From a virus: DNA of 64,000 nucleotides. The position numbers were made by a program, and so were the translations under genes. Shown here piece after piece: positions 58,331 to 64,000 of the stretch (within the stretch, counting starts at the first letter, position 1; each line of letters opens with the position of its first letter). The notes under the pieces are model-generated. The model searched no databases. It had not been told where the DNA came from and saw only the letters and a program-made list of their open reading frames with translations. Location: IMG/VR virus record IMGVR_UViG_3300017917_004176, positions 1-64,000 of that record. One strand, written 5' to 3'.

Positions 58331-61300
58331 TTATAATAATCCATTTTGAGTATTTATTCTATCTACTTTATTATTTGTTAAATCTTTTACATATAAAAAT
58401 AATTTTCCTTGATTTTCTCCAAAAAATAAATAATAATTTAAATTTGAATTAATTTCTGAATAAGAGCCCAAGCCATCTAAATTTCTCATATAAGCTCTAT
58501 AAATATTTACTTTTTCATTTTCATCAATTTTTATTGACTCTTGTCTACTATATCCATTTTGTATATTTAATCTATTAAAAAATTTTATAGCTATATTAGA
58601 AAAAATATTGTCATTTATAGATTTTTTTACAAGCCAAAAATCATTATAATTTTTTTGCACCAAAGGATCTTTTTTAAATGTAATATTTCCAGAAACTTCG
58701 CCGATATTATTTTTAGATAATAATATTGAAGTTCCATTAATAGAAGCAACCTTACTGCCTTCTTTTATTCCAGTGCCTGAAACTAAATATCCAATTTTAA
58801 TGTCATTATTATTCGATACTATAATAGTATTTTTATTTATACTACCAGAGCCAGTTTTGGTTATGGACACAGAATTAATTTCTTTATCTATAAATTTAAT
58901 AGGAATTAAATAATAATCAAATCCATCTCCAGAGGTTAGCTTTGCTATATAATTTGATTCAAAATCTTCAAATGTTTTTGGTATTTTATTTAATGGATTT
59001 ATGCCTGTTACTATTGAATGAACTCCCCATGATGAGTTTTGAGTATTCCAAATTAATAAATTTTTATTTGTCATAAAACCATTCTTTATTACTAGTTTTT
59101 TAGCTAGATTATTTTCATTGCTAAAAGTTATAGTTTTATTAGAAAAATTATTTTTGTTCTCTAAATCTAATGTAATTACTAATCCAGATATAGAAACAAC
59201 TTTTGAACCAGTAGCAATACCGTCTCCATAAACAAGCATTCCTGGAACTATTCCTGTTGAATTATTTACGGTAATTGTTTTATTATTTATAGATCCGCTG
59301 GCAATTTTATCTAACCCATCTATAAAGCCATAAATTGTATCTGAATTGCCTGGTACAAATCTTACTTGATTACCAGACATTAAAAATTCAATTCTTCCAT
59401 TATCAGGATCGCTTAATGCGTCAAAAGCAAGTCCGAGAGGTTTTGAAGTATATTGAGTTGTAGCTTGATACCTAATTTTTCCATTATATCCACTAACAGT
59501 TGAAAATTCAAATGTTATATAATATTTTTTTCCATTTTCAAAAGCAATTGAATTTATCCACTCTATAGAAATATTTGTATAATTTGGAAAGAATCCCAAT
59601 GGACTCTTTTCAAATTCATATGAAGATAGTGGTTTTGATTCATTTACAATTAAAGCATTTCCATCATTATAATGTATAATAAATTGATAGGACTCAATTC
59701 TTTCAAGAGGGTCATCAAATACCCCATTAAAAGAAAAAATTGCTGCATTAATTATATTATTTTGATATAAAGAGAGACCAGTTCTAGAAGTCCATAATGG
59801 GATAGTAGATATACTAGATTGAATTCCTATGTTGGCTAAATTTATTAATATAGGCCTAAATAAAATTTCAGAGGACCAAGGAGATATTTGATTTTGTATA
59901 GTATTTTCAATCCATCCAGTTGTTAAAATTTCTGAAAAAACATTGTTATTATATATAGACCATAAACCATCTGGATTAAAATCTATATTTTCTGTAGATA
60001 ATAAATTAATTTTCTTTAATTGGATTTTATAATATTGGTTCCATCCATATAAAACATCTTTATGTTCATAGTCTATTTCATTATAAAAATCAATAAAACC
60101 TTCATTTGATTCAAAATAAGGCCCAAAAGAAAAAGATACTTGAGGTAAAAATTCAATAGTTTGATCTGTGAAAGTTTGTGCAACTGGTTGATCTAATGAA
60201 ACCTTTATGTAAGATGGTCCATCGTTGGTTATAATTTCTACTTTTGTAACTAAAGTTCCTAATGGAATTGGAGGATTAACTACTTGATTAAGATATTTTA
60301 GGACTTGGCCTGCTCCGATATCATCAATTGTATATCCTGCAGATAGTTTAACAAACTTATCACCAGCAACACCGCTAGCATTTTTTGTTATTTGAGTATA
60401 AGAATTTAAATTCTTATCTAAAGTAACTACAATATATCCATTAAAAGCTAATGATATACTAGTAAAAGTTGCTAAATTTGGAACACTCAAAGTTATTGTA
60501 GTTCCAGATGTTCCAGATATTAAAATTACTCTTGCCCCTATACCAATACCACTTCCCTGAACAAACATTCCTAATTGAATGCCAGTATTACTTGCAACAG
60601 TTATAGTTGACTGACCAACTGTGCCACTACCTGTAGTTGTAACAGGAGTAACAGAAGCTATATTTGTAATTCTAGTATTTTTTGGTATATATGTGTTTGA
60701 ACCAACTAATTGATTAACAGATAAATTTGTAGAATTATTTACTAAAATTTTATTAGAGTCAAAGGATAAAAGAGCTCCTACTTTATTATACGATAAAATA
60801 TATGGCTCTGTGTTAAAAGAAACTTCTTCATTTGTAAATTGAGATGTTGTTTGTCCATTAGATAGAGTGATTGTATAAAGCCCATTCACAGGCCCACTTA
60901 TAGATGAAATTGTAACAGGCTGAGATAAATTTATTGCCGCTATTTTTGCTCCATTAACAATTTGACCTGCTATTAAATTTGTAATGCTTGTTGTTGTAAT
61001 CGCTGTAGCACCAATAGCCGCAGAACTAGCAGTCTTTGTATAAACTATTCCTTTTTCTGCAATTGTTTTATTTGTTTTTATTGTAAAAGTATCTCCTGTT
61101 GCAGAGTCAATTGTCCAAGTTCCATTTATTTTTGCTGCTTCAGTATTTGATAGAGGAACTTCTTTTATTACAATTGAGTATCCAGGTAATAAAGAGTGAT
61201 TATATGATGTTACAACAATAGTAGAAGCATTAGTTACTCCATCACTTGTAAAACTTTGAATTCCACGATATAATAATCCTTTAGTATCTATTGTTTTTTT

Positions 61301-62047
61301 AGATAGTTTAAAAGAGCTATTATCATTAGATATAATAACTGTTCCAGGTGCTATGCCAGGACCTTCAATTTGCATACCAGGCTGTATTGATCTATAATAT
61401 CCACAAGCTCCAATAGAACTTCCAAAATAAGAGTTTTGTAATATTGATTGTGAAACAGAAAAAGTAAAAGTATTTCCATTTATTCCAGTTACAGTCCAAG
61501 TTCCATTTAGTTTTTCTTGTTCTGCTCCAAAAGCACCAATAATTCTAATTTTATATCCAACTTGTAATGGATTTACACTTCCAAAAATAATTCCTATAAC
61601 AGTAGTTCCTGTTGTTTCAACAGTATATTGTTGAATATCTAATGAATTTGGAACATAATTTGAAGAAGTGTAGGAAATAGTATCTACTCCTTTCGACCAA
61701 GCAAGTTGACCTAAAGACAATTCTTTTTTATATGAATTTAAAAAAAGATGAGCAGGAATATCAATATAATAATTATCATCAGTTTGATCCAATCGTGGCT
61801 TTGAAAAATAGTAAGGAATTGAAAATCCTCTTATTGCCAAAGGATTAGATGAATTGGTGGCAGAAACTATCCTTGTTGCTATATGAGTATATGGTTCTAA
61901 TGTTGTAGGCCTTGGAACCAATATACTTAAAAAATTTTCTGAGTTAGAATTCAATGTATCATATGGATTTTCTTTTTCTAGATTTACAATTGCCTTAGAA
62001 TCCCAAGAGCCTATTGAGGCTGGAACTGTTGGTACCGTTAATCCCAT
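58331..62047 (-). CDS. large repetitive tail/baseplate fibre protein
   Basis: repeated G..V.G.GI..G..V..I and NGTWT....TFT beta modules; S/T/N/G-rich. Confidence 0.65.
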   Translation of the reverse strand: MGLTVPTVPASIGSWDSKAIVNLEKENPYDTLNSNSENFLSILVPRPTTLEPYTHIATRIVSATNSSNPLAIRGFSIPYYFSKPRLDQTDDNYYIDIPAHLFLNSYKKELSLGQLAWSKGVDTISYTSSNYVPNSLDIQQYTVETTGTTVIGIIFGSVNPLQVGYKIRIIGAFGAEQEKLNGTWTVTGINGNTFTFSVSQSILQNSYFGSSIGACGYYRSIQPGMQIEGPGIAPGTVIISNDNSSFKLSKKTIDTKGLLYRGIQSFTSDGVTNASTIVVTSYNHSLLPGYSIVIKEVPLSNTEAAKINGTWTIDSATGDTFTIKTNKTIAEKGIVYTKTASSAAIGATAITTTSITNLIAGQIVNGAKIAAINLSQPVTISSISGPVNGLYTITLSNGQTTSQFTNEEVSFNTEPYILSYNKVGALLSFDSNKILVNNSTNLSVNQLVGSNTYIPKNTRITNIASVTPVTTTGSGTVGQSTITVASNTGIQLGMFVQGSGIGIGARVILISGTSGTTITLSVPNLATFTSISLAFNGYIVVTLDKNLNSYTQITKNASGVAGDKFVKLSAGYTIDDIGAGQVLKYLNQVVNPPIPLGTLVTKVEIITNDGPSYIKVSLDQPVAQTFTDQTIEFLPQVSFSFGPYFESNEGFIDFYNEIDYEHKDVLYGWNQYYKIQLKKINLLSTENIDFNPDGLWSIYNNNVFSEILTTGWIENTIQNQISPWSSEILFRPILINLANIGIQSSISTIPLWTSRTGLSLYQNNIINAAIFSFNGVFDDPLERIESYQFIIHYNDGNALIVNESKPLSSYEFEKSPLGFFPNYTNISIEWINSIAFENGKKYYITFEFSTVSGYNGKIRYQATTQYTSKPLGLAFDALSDPDNGRIEFLMSGNQVRFVPGNSDTIYGFIDGLDKIASGSINNKTITVNNSTGIVPGMLVYGDGIATGSKVVSISGLVITLDLENKNNFSNKTITFSNENNLAKKLVIKNGFMTNKNLLIWNTQNSSWGVHSIVTGINPLNKIPKTFEDFESNYIAKLTSGDGFDYYLIPIKFIDKEINSVSITKTGSGSINKNTIIVSNNNDIKIGYLVSGTGIKEGSKVASINGTSILLSKNNIGEVSGNITFKKDPLVQKNYNDFWLVKKSINDNIFSNIAIKFFNRLNIQNGYSRQESIKIDENEKVNIYRAYMRNLDGLGSYSEINSNLNYYLFFGENQGKLFLYVKDLTNNKVDRINTQNGLL

Positions 62048-62097
62048 TTATTGTCCTCCTTTTCTCTTATTACAAAAAATAGGGAGCAAGCTCCCTA

Positions 62098-62838
62098 TTA
62101 TTTTTTGTAATATAATTTGTCACCAATATTTAAAATATTTGGATTTTTTAATAATCTATTTCCAACTAAAGGATTATGCTTTACCGTTTCTTCAATTAAA
62201 TTTTTTTGATCTTTTAAGCCAAGTCTTAAAGTAATTCTACTAAGACTATCTCCAGATTTTACTATATAAAATAAAGGCTCTACCACTTTTACGCCTTCCG
62301 ATTTTACTGATGTATTTATTGTTGAAATTGGCTTAATTTCAATATCAGCTTTTTTAGGAGTTTCTTTTTCAAGAGACTCAAGATATTCAGTTGGATTGTA
62401 TACATGTAATTTAGATACGAAATCTTCTTCTGTTTGTCCTTCTGCTAGCTCAGGAATTGCTTTCCATCCAAAAGAAGGCTTTGATTTTTTACGAATTTCA
62501 TAATGAAGATGAGATCCTGTAGATTTTCCAGTTGAACCTTGAAGACCTACTAAGTCACCTTTTTTCAATTTATCTCCTACTTCCACTTTACACTCATCAA
62601 GATGAGCATAAACATGCAAAGCGCTATTACTATCCAAGACTGCCACGACATTACCATAGCCTCCAAATCCAGAGCCTTTTACTCCTTCTCCAGCAAATAA
62701 TACTTCTCCATCTGTAAATGATTCAATAGGTGAACGATGAGGCTTAACTAGGTCAATTCCTTGATGAAAAGCCTTGCCACCATTAACAGGGTCAATGCGA
62801 AAACCAAACTTGCTTGTAATTTTATATCCTTCAAACAT
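62098..62838 (-). CDS. endolysin, M23 peptidase plus LysM
   Basis: HQGID, YAHL, HLHYE; YIVKSGDSLS.I...NPNIL..G LysM. Confidence 0.85.
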   Translation of the reverse strand: MFEGYKITSKFGFRIDPVNGGKAFHQGIDLVKPHRSPIESFTDGEVLFAGEGVKGSGFGGYGNVVAVLDSNSALHVYAHLDECKVEVGDKLKKGDLVGLQGSTGKSTGSHLHYEIRKKSKPSFGWKAIPELAEGQTEEDFVSKLHVYNPTEYLESLEKETPKKADIEIKPISTINTSVKSEGVKVVEPLFYIVKSGDSLSRITLRLGLKDQKNLIEETVKHNPLVGNRLLKNPNILNIGDKLYYKK

Positions 62839-64000
62839 TTATTTTATCCTCCAATTGTTTAATTTTATTATTTAATTCTTGAATACTTTTAACTAGCAAG
62901 GGTATTAATTTTGATTGATCGATTTGTTGATAAACAGGATTTCCATTTTTATCAATTGCGTCTTTTTCTCCAGTAACTGCTTCTGGAACATAATTTTGTA
63001 ATTCATGTGCCAAAAATCCTATTGTTTTTATTTTTATTGGATCATCTTTCCAGTTAAAAGTATAAATAGGTATAGATATTATTTTATCTAATGCCTTATC
63101 GTATAATTTTAAATCTTCTTTTAATCTATAATCTGAAGTTCCATTTACAGAAATTGAACCATAATTTACAACTATACTTCCTACTTCTACAGTATTTTGT
63201 GTACCATTGGTTCTAGTAAAAGATATTTTTTTATCCGATGGGCTGGTTGAAGTTTCAACAGCACCCTGAAAAGAAGTAATAGAATCAAATCCAAATTCTG
63301 CAATAGGTGTATTAGCATAAAGAGTGTTGCCATATTTAATGTATAGTGGAACAGAACCTCCTGCTGTAAAAGCCATGTTATTAGATCCTCTTCTATAAAT
63401 TCCAGTATTAGTATCATTTGCAAAACTAATCGATGGAGCAGTAGCGGATCCATCTTCGAATTGTATACTTGAAGCTGAGGCTCCATTATTAAAAACAGCT
63501 ATTTTATTAAAATCTATTGTAGCATTTCCTATTGCTAAAGCGTTTACTCCATTTGAAGAAAAACCCATTTGACCATCGGCCATTTGGTAGATTCCAGTAT
63601 TTGTATCTCCACTAAATGTAATAGATGGAGAAGTTACATTGCCAACTCCAAATGCTACAGTAGCACCAGTTGCTCTTACTAAGCTACCACTGCCTGTTGT
63701 TGATGACCAGGTTGGAACTGTTCCATTTGAAGTAAGGACTGTATTATTTCCTCCAATAGGAAGTCTAGTACTACTATTAGCTGCGTTTCCATAAATTAAA
63801 TCTCCAACATTAGCTATCGGACTTAAATTGTTAAATGCGACAGCTTTTGTTGTTGCTCCTGTACCACCTTTTTCCAATGGAACTGTATTAGAATAAGAAA
63901 GACCAATCCCTGATAAGTCATTATTACCATCTATAGTAAAGGTTCCTATTACATCTCCACCACTAAATGTTACAGTTCGTGCCGTTGTCCATTTTCCTGC
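62831..64000 (-). CDS. tail fibre with C-terminal intramolecular chaperone (peptidase S74), 5' end outside window
   Basis: frame open to window edge; KWTTARTV and PSI.F..DTNTGIY repeats; SDYRLKE, GFLAHELQ. Confidence 0.85.
   Translation of the reverse strand, partial: AGKWTTARTVTFSGGDVIGTFTIDGNNDLSGIGLSYSNTVPLEKGGTGATTKAVAFNNLSPIANVGDLIYGNAANSSTRLPIGGNNTVLTSNGTVPTWSSTTGSGSLVRATGATVAFGVGNVTSPSITFSGDTNTGIYQMADGQMGFSSNGVNALAIGNATIDFNKIAVFNNGASASSIQFEDGSATAPSISFANDTNTGIYRRGSNNMAFTAGGSVPLYIKYGNTLYANTPIAEFGFDSITSFQGAVETSTSPSDKKISFTRTNGTQNTVEVGSIVVNYGSISVNGTSDYRLKEDLKLYDKALDKIISIPIYTFNWKDDPIKIKTIGFLAHELQNYVPEAVTGEKDAIDKNGNPVYQQIDQSKLIPLLVKSIQELNNKIKQLEDKINV

Noticed and set aside
1-64000. Stop-codon reassignment
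   Set aside because: Genes are full length in the standard code, end in TAA, TAG and TGA, and no suppressor tRNA is present
58331-64000. Diversity-generating retroelement acting on tail fibres
   Set aside because: No reverse transcriptase and no adenine-variable TR/VR pair seen in the window

Overview
This window is about 64 kb of an AT-rich, large tailed phage genome infecting a Bacillota host, most likely Bacillales. The host call rests on sigma-A consensus promoters, AGGAGG-type RBSs and a near-Bacillus qcrBC. (1) 1-8.95 kb: a repeat-punctuated early arm of small promoter-gene-terminator cassettes. It contains nine covarying 18-bp palindromes placed after TTGACA, antisense promoters, a tandemly duplicated HEXXH-protease/DEDDh-exonuclease/DNA-binding-protein module, a 132-bp repeat block, five stacked promoters and a candidate structured ncRNA. 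(2) 9-18 kb: membrane/lipoprotein genes, 8 tRNAs with interspersed structured RNA candidates, small hypotheticals and a lytic transglycosylase. (3) 18.5-36.6 kb: repair and metabolic genes (uvsE, M28 peptidase flanked by two paralogues, thyA, nrdJ, FAD oxidoreductase, glyA, ferritin, thioredoxin, BMP lipoprotein, respiratory qcrB-qcrC). (4) 36.6-52.5 kb: an SPbeta-like replication module (SSB, Sak4-like ATPase, DnaB, primase, RecJ, DnaE) plus Dda-like helicase, speD, gmk, dut and RuvC. (5) 52.5-64 kb, minus strand: tail, fibre and endolysin genes. All calls come from reading motifs by eye; no database searches were run.
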